Sequence record: OR067834.1 | Origin: Escherichia phage KKP 3715 | DNA length: 64,000 nucleotides | Direction: 5' to 3' (one strand) | Made by a program: the position numbers and the translations under genes | Part shown: one piece after another, positions 1-8,507 of the stretch | Position numbering within the stretch: the stretch's first letter is position 1 | Layout of the letters: every line of letters begins with the position of its first letter | Notes under the pieces: generated by a model | Told to the model about the DNA's origin: nothing | The model's database searches: none | What the model saw: only the letters and a program-made list of their open reading frames with translations

Positions 1-246
1 TTCTTCAATACTTTTCTTACGCATAGTCTCGTTCATAGCTGTTTCTTCAGCTAATTTGTTTACGAATGTATGCATTTCTAATTTAGTACGAATGGCTTGT
101 TTCTCTGCCATAGTAGATACATATGAGTTAAGCATACCTACTGCTTTAGTAGCTGTGCCAAATGTATCTGCAACAGTAGTAGCAGCAGAGTTAACAGTAC
201 CCAGTAAAGTTCCTGCGGTCATACGTACAGTAGCGGTAGTAGTCAT
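1..246 (-). CDS. hypothetical protein, partial (gene runs off the left edge of the window)
   Basis: Minus-strand frame open from ATG (plus 244-246), preceded by a GGAG Shine-Dalgarno, to position 1 without a stop; translation begins MTTTATVRMTAGTLLGTVNSAATTVADTFG. Absent from the ORF track because truncated; track ORF 56..289(+) is its antisense shadow. Confidence 0.4.
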   Translation of the reverse strand, partial: MTTTATVRMTAGTLLGTVNSAATTVADTFGTATKAVGMLNSYVSTMAEKQAIRTKLEMHTFVNKLAEETAMNETMRKKSIEE

Positions 247-404
247 GATGATAGCTCCAATAGTTGATGATAGGACGACATGTCCATAACATGCGGAGCA
301 TGTGTAACGTGTAAGGTGGGGTAGGGTAGTGGCTACAGGGTCAACATACCGGGGGGGATGGTTGAGTGTAAGGGTGTAGCCCCAGCCACACCACTGTAGC
401 CATA

Positions 405-447
405 CATAGCTATCAACATTTTGACATGCAAAAATATCATAGCTATC
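405..447. promoter_or_regulatory. paired direct repeats CATAGCTATC (405-414 and 438-447, core ATAGCTAT is palindromic) flanking a perfect TTGACA hexamer (421-426); candidate operator/promoter
   Basis: Read directly from sequence in the intergenic gap between the stop of 448..774(-) and the start of the partial gene at 246. No convincing -10 element on either strand. Confidence 0.3.
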
Positions 448-774
448 TCACTTATAAGCAGTTAAATAGGAGGGAGCGTATACCAAATGGGGGGATTGTA
501 AGGCATCACTCATGATGAAGGTAAGAGTGTACTTATCTGTGTTCACATGCCAGGGGGAGTACATGGAGGATGACCACGGTAATGCCTTTCCTGGTTCTTG
601 TAGTTTTACAATAACTTTCCTGCCTAGTATTAGAGCCAAACCTCTCACTTCATGATGGGTTTGCTCATCTGGTACTAGGATAATGGGGGTGAGTCTACCT
701 GGTTCAAGGTCTTGCAAGGTTGTATGGATAGTGGGATTAGGTCCACCAGCATAACCTATCTTAGTTAATTTCAT
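448..774 (-). CDS. hypothetical small protein, paralogous family member A
   Basis: 108-aa ORF; contains IILVPDEQTHHEVRGLALILG, matching the shared motif of four neighbouring ORFs. Confidence 0.5.
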   Translation of the reverse strand: MKLTKIGYAGGPNPTIHTTLQDLEPGRLTPIILVPDEQTHHEVRGLALILGRKVIVKLQEPGKALPWSSSMYSPWHVNTDKYTLTFIMSDALQSPHLVYAPSYLTAYK

Positions 775-1085
775 TTAATATCCTTTAGTACCTGTTCAAG
801 AATGCTATCCATGTAATAGCAGTATGCTTCACTATTGCTACTGTTTATGGGCATACCAATATAGTCAAATACCCACAAGCAGAAGTGGTTTACTTCATGG
901 ATAAGAGTTGGCAATGGTTCCTTGAAAATACCCATAAGAACCTTATTGCCAGAGTAGGTAGTGTAACCCTTACAACCATCTATATCTGGTTCATATCCTT
1001 TGAGCTTCTTGTACTTTTTACGGAAGACTTCTATGTCATTAACTATCTCCAGGTGTACTGGATAGGGTGATGTGTTTAGTTTCAT
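771..1085 (-). CDS. small protein with HExxH (HEVNH) zincin-like motif
   Basis: 104-aa ORF with LIHEVNHFCLWVFDYIGMP; 4-nt overlap with the downstream gene suggests translational coupling. Metallopeptidase assignment rests on the motif only. Confidence 0.5.
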   Translation of the reverse strand: MKLNTSPYPVHLEIVNDIEVFRKKYKKLKGYEPDIDGCKGYTTYSGNKVLMGIFKEPLPTLIHEVNHFCLWVFDYIGMPINSSNSEAYCYYMDSILEQVLKDIK

Positions 1086-1405
1086 TAGAGGCTCTCGTCG
1101 CTAGATAAATATGAGGTAGAAGGGTAGAGGGTAATAAGTCTACCAGTAAGAGTAGTAGCTACCATAGGTTCACAGGAGGAGAAGATGTATACCCGTGCAA
1201 ACTCAGATACTTCAACCGATGTATCTATCTTAGTGAATGTAATAGGTATACCTAACATTAGACAGGAACCTATAAACTCATCAGCTTCTTCACTAGGTTC
1301 ATATAAAACGGTAGCACCATCCAGTATACCACTTAAGAAATCTTGCTTAGTTACCTTACTAAGATAGCAACTTGTACTTAATGCAATTAATGAATAGAAG
1401 TGCAT
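1085..1405 (-). CDS. hypothetical small protein, divergent paralogous family member B
   Basis: 106-aa ORF with TVLYEPSEEADEFIGSCLMLG, a weaker match to the family motif. Confidence 0.45.
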   Translation of the reverse strand: MHFYSLIALSTSCYLSKVTKQDFLSGILDGATVLYEPSEEADEFIGSCLMLGIPITFTKIDTSVEVSEFARVYIFSSCEPMVATTLTGRLITLYPSTSYLSSDESL

Positions 1406-1408
1406 AAC

Positions 1409-1723
1409 TTACTTCCTTACATAGTAGTAACGGTACTCACCCTTCTCATAACGACTCTCCCATTGGTATTCATCAGATACCAGCATGAAAGGTGTAGGGT
1501 CATTAGCATTGTGGTTTATATAGACAGAAGGCGGAACAAGACATACAACCTTACGGTTATTACCTGCTAAGAATAGTTGTCCTCTTACTGCATGGTAGTC
1601 CTCTAAGGTAGGAACCAGGATTACTTGATGAGGGTTGCTGTTCATGACTTCTTCTAAGGTGAAGTCAGTTGTGTACATGGACTCCCCTTTAACAAAACTG
1701 GGGACTGTCATTACGAATTTCAT
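1409..1723 (-). CDS. hypothetical small protein, paralogous family member C
   Basis: 104-aa ORF with VILVPTLEDYHAVRGQLFLAG; an internal Met (MYTTDF, start near 1678) would remove the overlap with the upstream gene. Confidence 0.5.
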   Translation of the reverse strand: MKFVMTVPSFVKGESMYTTDFTLEEVMNSNPHQVILVPTLEDYHAVRGQLFLAGNNRKVVCLVPPSVYINHNANDPTPFMLVSDEYQWESRYEKGEYRYYYVRK

Positions 1724-2087
1724 GATTGATTCTCCTTCCTTTAGGGATAGGCCTGAAGTAAATGGAAAGTGTCTTATTAAAGACGTTATGGTCAGCTATC
1801 AATTCCCAACCAGGTACTTTATAGAACCTAACTCCTGGGAAGAATATTTCGAAGTCTGCATACTCAGTAAGGTCGTACACAACCGGTTCAGTAAGTATAT
1901 GCGTATTGATTTGCAGGTTACTTAAGAAGAATGAACCAACTATCTCATGAGATTCTTCACAGTCAGGTAAGAATACTACTTGCTTATGAGTTAGGAACTT
2001 ACTAACCATCTCTGGTTCCCCCAGGTAGTAGGGGTCTTGTCCGTGTAGTACACCCGAAATGTCAATATCAAAAGCGTAGATGCTCAT
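1689..2087 (-). CDS. hypothetical small protein, paralogous family member D
   Basis: 132-aa ORF with VVFLPDCEESHEIVGSFFLS; ATG at 2087 preceded by GGAGG. Confidence 0.5.
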   Translation of the reverse strand: MSIYAFDIDISGVLHGQDPYYLGEPEMVSKFLTHKQVVFLPDCEESHEIVGSFFLSNLQINTHILTEPVVYDLTEYADFEIFFPGVRFYKVPGWELIADHNVFNKTLSIYFRPIPKGRRINHEIRNDSPQFC

Positions 2088-2100
2088 AATTGCATACCTC

Positions 2101-2139
2101 CAGAAAAAGAAATGGGGTAGAGCCTCTCGACCCTACCCC
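2101..2139 (-). terminator. intrinsic terminator (GGGGTAG/CTACCCC stem followed by U-tract on the minus strand)
   Basis: Plus 2114-2120 ggggtag pairs with 2133-2139 ctacccc; minus-strand transcript continues AUUUCUUUUUCUG. Sits between paralogues E and D. Confidence 0.5.
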
Positions 2140-2288
2140 TTACCGTTTTCAATCACGGGTCAGTTCATCCCCCTAGGTACTTATGTACCGTTAGACCTAC
2201 GGAGTAGGAAAGGAGCCGGGGAACCCTGACTGTAGAAGTTATTAACTCTTTACGAGTACCGCCACTGTCTACTAGGCGGTATGACTAA

Positions 2289-2579
2289 TCACATCATCAC
2301 CGTCATCCGAACGCTATCTTTGCTTCGTTTGATGGAGACACTATGAGGTAATTTTGTGAAGAACACAAGAGCTGAAAAACGTTTTTCTAAAGAGTAAGTT
2401 TCTCTTGGTTCTAGAATCTTAATACCTGGACGATTCTCTAACAGCATCATCCCAGCTAATTCATGATAGGTATCTTCATCATGTGTAATGATAATATCAT
2501 CCGGTAGAATACCAGCCTTGGTGTAGTCTAGCTCTTTGTATTCATCTTTAGAGTCGAGGACTCTCATATAGATTCTCAA
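2289..2579 (-). CDS. hypothetical small protein, paralogous family member E
   Basis: 96-aa ORF with IIITHDEDTYHELAGMMLLE; TTG start at 2579 with AAGGAG 7 nt upstream. Confidence 0.5.
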   Translation of the reverse strand: MRIYMRVLDSKDEYKELDYTKAGILPDDIIITHDEDTYHELAGMMLLENRPGIKILEPRETYSLEKRFSALVFFTKLPHSVSIKRSKDSVRMTVMM

Positions 2580-2750
2580 AGGTTACTCCTTTTGGGAATA
2601 GGGTCATCGGAACATTACATACTATTTAGTATCATGAACTTTTTCTATATCATGACTAAAGTGTAACTGTGTGATAGAGTTTCTTCAAGGGGTATCTCAC
2701 CCCAAGAAAAGAATCTTCGTTAATAGACATAACTTTGTAGAGAGATAAGT

Positions 2751-3440
2751 ATGAGTGAGCTAACTAAGCAGCAGATCATTAATGCCCTACCTGCTAACTT
2801 CAAGAACAGTGTTAGTCAGGAATTGGTAGACACAATTAACAACATAACCCAAGACCAACTGGTTGCTGAAGCATTCCGTGAAAACTTCATCTCTTACTCT
2901 GGTGTTATGAAGGAAGGTAAGTTTAAGACACAGGACTACATGAATGCAGTTCAGTATGTGACTTACAAACACATGGGCTACTCAAATAAGGAAGCCTACT
3001 TCAAAACATTCCCTAACCGACAAGCAGAACTCATAGCACGAGGAACCAGTGAGAAAGATATTAGTGCTTATGTATCTGCTTATCACAGAGGTAAGTTAGT
3101 TAACCTCATCATGGAACAAAGTTTGGTTCCAGTGTGGATTGTGAACCAAGACAATTATCAGAAGGCAATCAATGTTCAGGTTGAACTAATGACTACAGCA
3201 GCAAGTGAGAAAGTAAGATGTGATGCAGCTAACTCTATCCTTACTCACTTAGCTAAACCTAAAGACCAGGTGACTAATATCAATCTGGACCTGAGAGAAA
3301 ACTCTGGGTTGACTGACCTCAAGGCAACACTTGCTGCATTAGCTGAACAGCAAATTAATGCAATCAATAGTGGTGTACCTACTAAAGAGATTGCTGGTTC
3401 TAAACTAGTACGTGCAGATGAGGACATTACAGATGTCTGA
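2751..3440 (+). CDS. hypothetical protein immediately upstream of terminase large subunit; possible small terminase subunit
   Basis: 229-aa ORF overlapping the terminase start; position only, no diagnostic motif. Confidence 0.5.
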   Translation: MSELTKQQIINALPANFKNSVSQELVDTINNITQDQLVAEAFRENFISYSGVMKEGKFKTQDYMNAVQYVTYKHMGYSNKEAYFKTFPNRQAELIARGTSEKDISAYVSAYHRGKLVNLIMEQSLVPVWIVNQDNYQKAINVQVELMTTAASEKVRCDAANSILTHLAKPKDQVTNINLDLRENSGLTDLKATLAALAEQQINAINSGVPTKEIAGSKLVRADEDITDV

Positions 3441-5016
3441 GTTAATTAAACAGGAACTGGATGAATGGCTGGACCAGGTGGATTACTCTAATTCATCAAA
3501 CTATGTTCCTAGTCAGTTTGCTCTTACCTTTGCCAACTTTATTAAGTTGGTTAATGGCAAAGAAGGTGAATCCAACAAAACACCCCCGGTTCACCTGAAG
3601 ATGTTGGATAAGATGATTACCCCGAACCAGTATGTAGTTAACCTGTGTTTCCGTGGTGCAGGTAAGACTGCTGTGTTCATGGAATACTTTACTTTGTTCC
3701 TGGCAGTGTTTGGTCACTTACCTAGTTTAGGTAAGGTAGAAGGAATGATCTACGTATCTGACTCAATGGATAACGGTGCTAAGTCTGCACGTAAGAACAT
3801 TGAGTTCCGATACAAGAATAGTGAGTTCCTTCGGCAGTGGATACCTGAAGCTACTTTTACAGATAACCTGTTAGAGTTTCGCAATGCAGAAGGGCATCGA
3901 CTAGGTGTTAAGTTGTTTGGTGCTAAGACTGGTCTTCGTGGTACGAAGATATATGGTAAGCGTCCAACACTTTGTGTACTGGATGACTTGATTAGTGATG
4001 GTGATGCTAACTCTAAGACCAGCATGGAAGCTATTAAGGATACTGTCTATAAAGGTGTGAACCATGCCCTTGACCCAACACGTCGTAAAGTAATCTTCAA
4101 CGGTACTCCTTTTAATAAGGAAGACATCATCATTGAAGCAGTAGAGTCCGGTGCATGGGATGTCAACGTATGGCCCGTGTGTGAGAAGTTCCCATGTAGT
4201 AGGGAAGAGTTTCAGGGTGCATGGGATGACCGTTTCTCATATGACTACATCAAAGCCCAATACGACATGGCAGTTAAGACTGGTAAGCTGGCTGGTTTCT
4301 ACCAGGAACTTATGCTTCGTATTAGTTCTGAAGATGAACGTCTTGTTCAGGATAGTGAGATTAAATGGTATAGCAGGCAGCAACTGTTAAGGATGAAGTC
4401 CTGCTACAACTATTACATTACAACCGACTTTGCTACCTCGGAGAAACAGACCAGTGATTACAGTGTCATATCAGTTTGGGCTTATAGTTCTAATGGAGAT
4501 TGGTTCTGGGTTGACGGTGTGGCTAATCGCCAGCTTATGGATAAAAACTTTGACGACTTGTTCCGTCTGGTTCAGGAATACCAACCACAAAACGTTGGTG
4601 TCGAAATTACAGGACAGCAAGGTGGATTCATTTCACTCCTTCAGAAAGAAATGATTAACCGAAATGTCTTCTTTAACTTTGCATCCTCTGAGGGTGGTAA
4701 GCCTGGCATCCGTCCTGTAACCTCTAAGCTGTCACGCTTTAACCTGGTAGTTCCGTGGTTCAAAGCTGGTAAGATGTACTTCCCGGAAGAGTTGAGAGAT
4801 ACAACTATTATGGGTCTGTTCATGGGCCAGATTAAACTAGCTACCATTAATGGGATTAAAGGTAAGGATGACTGTATTGATACTATCTCCATGCTGGGTT
4901 ATCTCAATCCTTGGAAACCACAAGCAGGGATGACTTTGGTGGATAACAAGGGTGACCCGATGTGGGATGAGGAAGAAGAAGATAGTGTTAACCCACTACG
5001 TTCATACATTGTGTGA
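3412..5016 (+). CDS. terL: terminase large subunit
   Basis: 534 aa; Walker A-like CFRGAGKTAV and Walker B-like LCVLDDLISD in the N-terminal ATPase region; size and position match N4-like terminase. Confidence 0.9.
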   Translation: MQMRTLQMSELIKQELDEWLDQVDYSNSSNYVPSQFALTFANFIKLVNGKEGESNKTPPVHLKMLDKMITPNQYVVNLCFRGAGKTAVFMEYFTLFLAVFGHLPSLGKVEGMIYVSDSMDNGAKSARKNIEFRYKNSEFLRQWIPEATFTDNLLEFRNAEGHRLGVKLFGAKTGLRGTKIYGKRPTLCVLDDLISDGDANSKTSMEAIKDTVYKGVNHALDPTRRKVIFNGTPFNKEDIIIEAVESGAWDVNVWPVCEKFPCSREEFQGAWDDRFSYDYIKAQYDMAVKTGKLAGFYQELMLRISSEDERLVQDSEIKWYSRQQLLRMKSCYNYYITTDFATSEKQTSDYSVISVWAYSSNGDWFWVDGVANRQLMDKNFDDLFRLVQEYQPQNVGVEITGQQGGFISLLQKEMINRNVFFNFASSEGGKPGIRPVTSKLSRFNLVVPWFKAGKMYFPEELRDTTIMGLFMGQIKLATINGIKGKDDCIDTISMLGYLNPWKPQAGMTLVDNKGDPMWDEEEEDSVNPLRSYIV

Positions 5017-5022
5017 GGAACC

Positions 5023-5187
5023 ATGCAGAAACTATCGGAAGTATACCGTGGCTTGGCACTAAGTACCTTGAAGGGTACTGGCTCAGTCACGGATGACAGA
5101 CTAGGTATTGAACCAGATAGTAAGCCGGAGATACTAGCTGCTATTAATGAAGGACTGGTACGACTGCATAGTCGTTTCCCCCCTTAA
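5023..5187 (+). CDS. small ORF (54 aa); may be the N-terminal part of the next gene via +1 frameshift, or an independent small gene
   Basis: ATG 5023 with GAGGAA Shine-Dalgarno 4 nt upstream; ends at TAA 5185-5187 just after a C6 run (5178-5183). Not in the ORF track. Confidence 0.3.
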   Translation: MQKLSEVYRGLALSTLKGTGSVTDDRLGIEPDSKPEILAAINEGLVRLHSRFPP

Positions 5188-5734
5188 GACAAATAGCTGC
5201 ATTGTGGAGATGAAGGAAGGACGTACTGATTATCCCCTTCAATCCAAATATGCTTACTCCAGATTTACTAAGCCTACTCTTGAGGTTCAGTATCCATATA
5301 TCATGGATGGCTTCATGAAGCCTTTCCAGGATGACGTTATTAAAATCTTAAATGTGTTTGATAACTCTGGGAATCGACGTAGACTGAACGACGACTCAGA
5401 CCCTCATGCTATTTTCACCCCACGGCCTGATACTATTCAGTGTATGCGACCTCGACACTTCGAGGCACTTAACGTAACGTATCAAGCTAAGCACCCAGTA
5501 CTTACGGGTGATGAAGAACAGGAAGTTGATTTAGCTGATACGTTAATGACGGCACTTCATAACTGGGTGGGTTATCGTTACCACACTGGTTTGAATACTC
5601 CTGAAGCTAACGCTAAAGCAGCAGAGTATCTGCAAACGTATGAAAGCATCTGTGGTGAGGTTGTTGATTACGACCTGGCTAATGGAAGTATTTCAATTAC
5701 CGAAACTAAATTTGAACAACGAGGATGGCGATGA
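5147..5734 (+). CDS. hypothetical virion protein
   Basis: 195-aa ORF; its frame is open from 5138; weak RBS at the 5147 ATG. Confidence 0.6.
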   Translation: MKDWYDCIVVSPLKTNSCIVEMKEGRTDYPLQSKYAYSRFTKPTLEVQYPYIMDGFMKPFQDDVIKILNVFDNSGNRRRLNDDSDPHAIFTPRPDTIQCMRPRHFEALNVTYQAKHPVLTGDEEQEVDLADTLMTALHNWVGYRYHTGLNTPEANAKAAEYLQTYESICGEVVDYDLANGSISITETKFEQRGWR

Positions 5735-8457
5735 ACGCACATACCCCCTTCGATGCAAATCAGGATTGGACCAATCCTTACTGCCAGAACAGTTCCAATG
5801 ACCCAATGGTAGATGCACTACTTGGTAATGCTTACCACGTGGTTCGTACTGTCTACTGTAACCTGGGGAATCTCAAACTTATTTATGATTTCCTGAATAA
5901 ATATGGAATGGTACTAGGTGTTCAATCAGAAGCTGAACTGAAGGCCATGCCTACCAGTGCATCCTATGTACGTCTGTATGGTTTTGATAATACCAATAAA
6001 CGAGTCGTCACAGACTACCTGTATGTAGATGGTGACCGTACAGGTGTAATTCCGGATGACCCGTCTGCTACTGGTTCCTGGATTTTGGTTGCCACTTCTA
6101 ATTCAGGCAGTGGTGAAGATGGTGGTGATGGTAAAGCATCCACCCCATACATCCCATATACGTATAACAATGGTTTCTGCTATTGGGGGGAAACTACTAT
6201 CCCAGTGCCTGTTGGTACGGTTGGTGTACCGATGATTGTAGTTGAGGGCTATACCAACTTAGTTGGTTATGGTTTTACTTATGATGCAACTTCGCTAACT
6301 GTTACTCTGGCTCAACCATTGGAACCTGGTGATGAAGTTCATCTGTTCCTGACCGGTACTCCTGCTGTTCCAGATAATCCTAACGTAACTGACTGGGTTC
6401 AGATTAACTGGTTGTACAATGGTGGGTATGCTGTAGGTGGTGAGCAAGTAATTGTTATTCCTTATACGTTTGAATCTGTACCAGCCATCTACAAGAATGG
6501 CGAACGCTACTATGCAGGTTTGGCTGATAAATCTTATACAGTCGATGCAGCTAACCAGCGTATTCTTTTAACGGAACCTCTGGCTACCAACGACCGTCTG
6601 ATTGTAACTATTGGAGGTGAATCTACTACCCTGATTATGACAGACCGTACTGTTCAGGAAGTAGCACGTTCAGCTAATGTTAAGGATTCAGAGGTTATTC
6701 TGAGCACCAATACTACTCAGTATCTCAATGGTATGAAGGTTGTATTTGATGTTGTAGCGCAGAAGATTTACGGTCTTCCTGCATTACCAACTAACGTCTA
6801 CATCAACACTGTTTCTAATGGGCAATTAACTTATTCCCCGGGTAACATTACAGTTGATTTGCTGCCTGTATCAAATGAATACACTGATGTACTACGCACC
6901 GAACTAGCTGCCGAAACTGGTTCAGAATTGGTTACCTATAAATCTGCATTAAGTGGTGCTATTGCACGTAGCATTCACGAACGTCTTTCTGACTACGTAA
7001 GTGTTAAAGACTTTGGTGCAATTGGTGATGGGATTGCCAATGATGGGCCTGCCATCAATGCTGCATTCTTGGCAGCTAAAAAAGTATTTTTCCCAGCAGG
7101 TACTTACTACCATACCCAAGTAATTAACTTACAAGATGGTCTTACTGTTGACCTTCGTGGGGCAAAGATTAAACCAGCAGATACTATCTTGACTGCTGCT
7201 TGGGTAGGCAACAACCTCAATGATTTACATATTGTCGGCGGATTCTTTGAAGGTGCTGGGTTAGATAATACCTCTGGTAATGGTCAGTTGATGACCCTCA
7301 GTAATTGTGTTCGAGCAAAAGTTGAAGGTACTCATTTCACTAAATCACCGAATGATGGTATTCGTTTAGTTGGCTGTTCCTACTCTAGTGTTCTGGATGT
7401 ACATGCTTACAATAACTTGAGTGTTGGTGTACAAGACAGGGATGGGTTATCTAACTTAATTCATGGTTGCTACTGCAATTACAATGGCGATACAGGTACA
7501 GTTAGTAATACTGGTGGGCGTGGTATTCTTCTTTGGAGAACCAAGAAGTCACTGGTATCTGATTGTTACACCTATAACAATACGGAGTACGGTTTCCGTA
7601 ACTATTCTCAGACTGGTGATGCTAGTGCATCATATCAAAACGTTGTGACTAATCTCCGTTCCGGGGACAACCTTAAAATTGATGTCTATTCTTATAATGA
7701 AGAAGGCAGCATGGCTGAGATTGTATTTAGTAACTGTACTGTACGCAGAACAACGCAGCCTCAGGGTACTTGTGTATCTATTCAGGGTAAAAATACTAAT
7801 TACATTGGGGGCACTATTAAGAAAGAGGGTGACCGTCTTACTGTACCAGTGTTTTCTATTTATCAGACGACTCGTGCTTCTGTACGAAATGTCACTATTG
7901 ATAACGCTGGTCAACTTATTAGTTTGTCTTCTGATGTGGCTACTCAGTTGTCAGGGTTAGTAGCTGAATGCTCTACCATTAGTAATGGGGGCAATGCTAC
8001 TTACACAAACTGTTACTTTACCCATGGTGGTTCTGGTACTACAGATATTGGTATTGATGCAGGTACTGTGTCTACCCCAGTCATTCAAGCTTGCACCTTT
8101 GATGGGTTTTATCGTTGTGTATCGTGGACAGCACAGAAAATGGTATTGGTTAATAACGTTAGTATTAATACTACTGATGTATCCCTTCGTATGTTTGGGG
8201 ATGGTATTGCTAACTATTGGGCATCTGGTAACTGCTGGGATAAAGAAGGTAATCCGGATGTTATTAGTAATTTTACCAAACAAGGTGGACCAACTGCTAA
8301 ACCAGTTATTTATGTTAACAACGCAGCACCTACTACTCTTACGTGGCCTGTAGGTGCTATTGCAATTAACAAGACACCTGTGGTTGGGCAACCTAAAGAT
8401 TGGCGTTGTACTGTAGCGGGAACCCCCGGTACATGGGTTTCTGGTGGTAATCTGTAA
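5725..8457 (+). CDS. tailspike protein with pectate-lyase-like beta-helix (putative depolymerase)
   Basis: 910 aa; VKDFGAIGDGIANDGPAINAAF motif typical of phage beta-helix depolymerases; N-terminal ~310 aa plausibly the particle-binding part. Confidence 0.8.
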   Translation: MAMNAHTPFDANQDWTNPYCQNSSNDPMVDALLGNAYHVVRTVYCNLGNLKLIYDFLNKYGMVLGVQSEAELKAMPTSASYVRLYGFDNTNKRVVTDYLYVDGDRTGVIPDDPSATGSWILVATSNSGSGEDGGDGKASTPYIPYTYNNGFCYWGETTIPVPVGTVGVPMIVVEGYTNLVGYGFTYDATSLTVTLAQPLEPGDEVHLFLTGTPAVPDNPNVTDWVQINWLYNGGYAVGGEQVIVIPYTFESVPAIYKNGERYYAGLADKSYTVDAANQRILLTEPLATNDRLIVTIGGESTTLIMTDRTVQEVARSANVKDSEVILSTNTTQYLNGMKVVFDVVAQKIYGLPALPTNVYINTVSNGQLTYSPGNITVDLLPVSNEYTDVLRTELAAETGSELVTYKSALSGAIARSIHERLSDYVSVKDFGAIGDGIANDGPAINAAFLAAKKVFFPAGTYYHTQVINLQDGLTVDLRGAKIKPADTILTAAWVGNNLNDLHIVGGFFEGAGLDNTSGNGQLMTLSNCVRAKVEGTHFTKSPNDGIRLVGCSYSSVLDVHAYNNLSVGVQDRDGLSNLIHGCYCNYNGDTGTVSNTGGRGILLWRTKKSLVSDCYTYNNTEYGFRNYSQTGDASASYQNVVTNLRSGDNLKIDVYSYNEEGSMAEIVFSNCTVRRTTQPQGTCVSIQGKNTNYIGGTIKKEGDRLTVPVFSIYQTTRASVRNVTIDNAGQLISLSSDVATQLSGLVAECSTISNGGNATYTNCYFTHGGSGTTDIGIDAGTVSTPVIQACTFDGFYRCVSWTAQKMVLVNNVSINTTDVSLRMFGDGIANYWASGNCWDKEGNPDVISNFTKQGGPTAKPVIYVNNAAPTTLTWPVGAIAINKTPVVGQPKDWRCTVAGTPGTWVSGGNL

Positions 8458-8463
8458 TACTTA

Positions 8464-8481
8464 GCCCCTCTTTGGAGGGGC
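8464..8481 (+). terminator. hairpin GCCCCTC-TTTG-GAGGGGC after tailspike 1 (weak U-tract)
   Basis: Read from sequence; followed by ATTACTT. Confidence 0.35.
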
Positions 8482-8507
8482 ATTACTTAGAATAAAACGA
8501 GGTATAT

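Noticed and set aside
56-289. 77-aa plus-strand ORF at the left edge
   Set aside because: Antisense to a better-supported minus-strand gene that has a GGAG RBS and runs off the window.
421-449. Sigma70 promoter from the perfect TTGACA at 421-426
   Set aside because: The best -10 at 17-bp spacing is TATCTC (3 of 6), and a plus-strand transcript here would be antisense to the paralogue array; kept only as a regulatory-site observation.
7957-8391. ORFs nested inside the tailspike gene (7957..8391 minus, 7985..8353 plus)
   Set aside because: Fully contained in a long, well-supported gene; translations are low-complexity.
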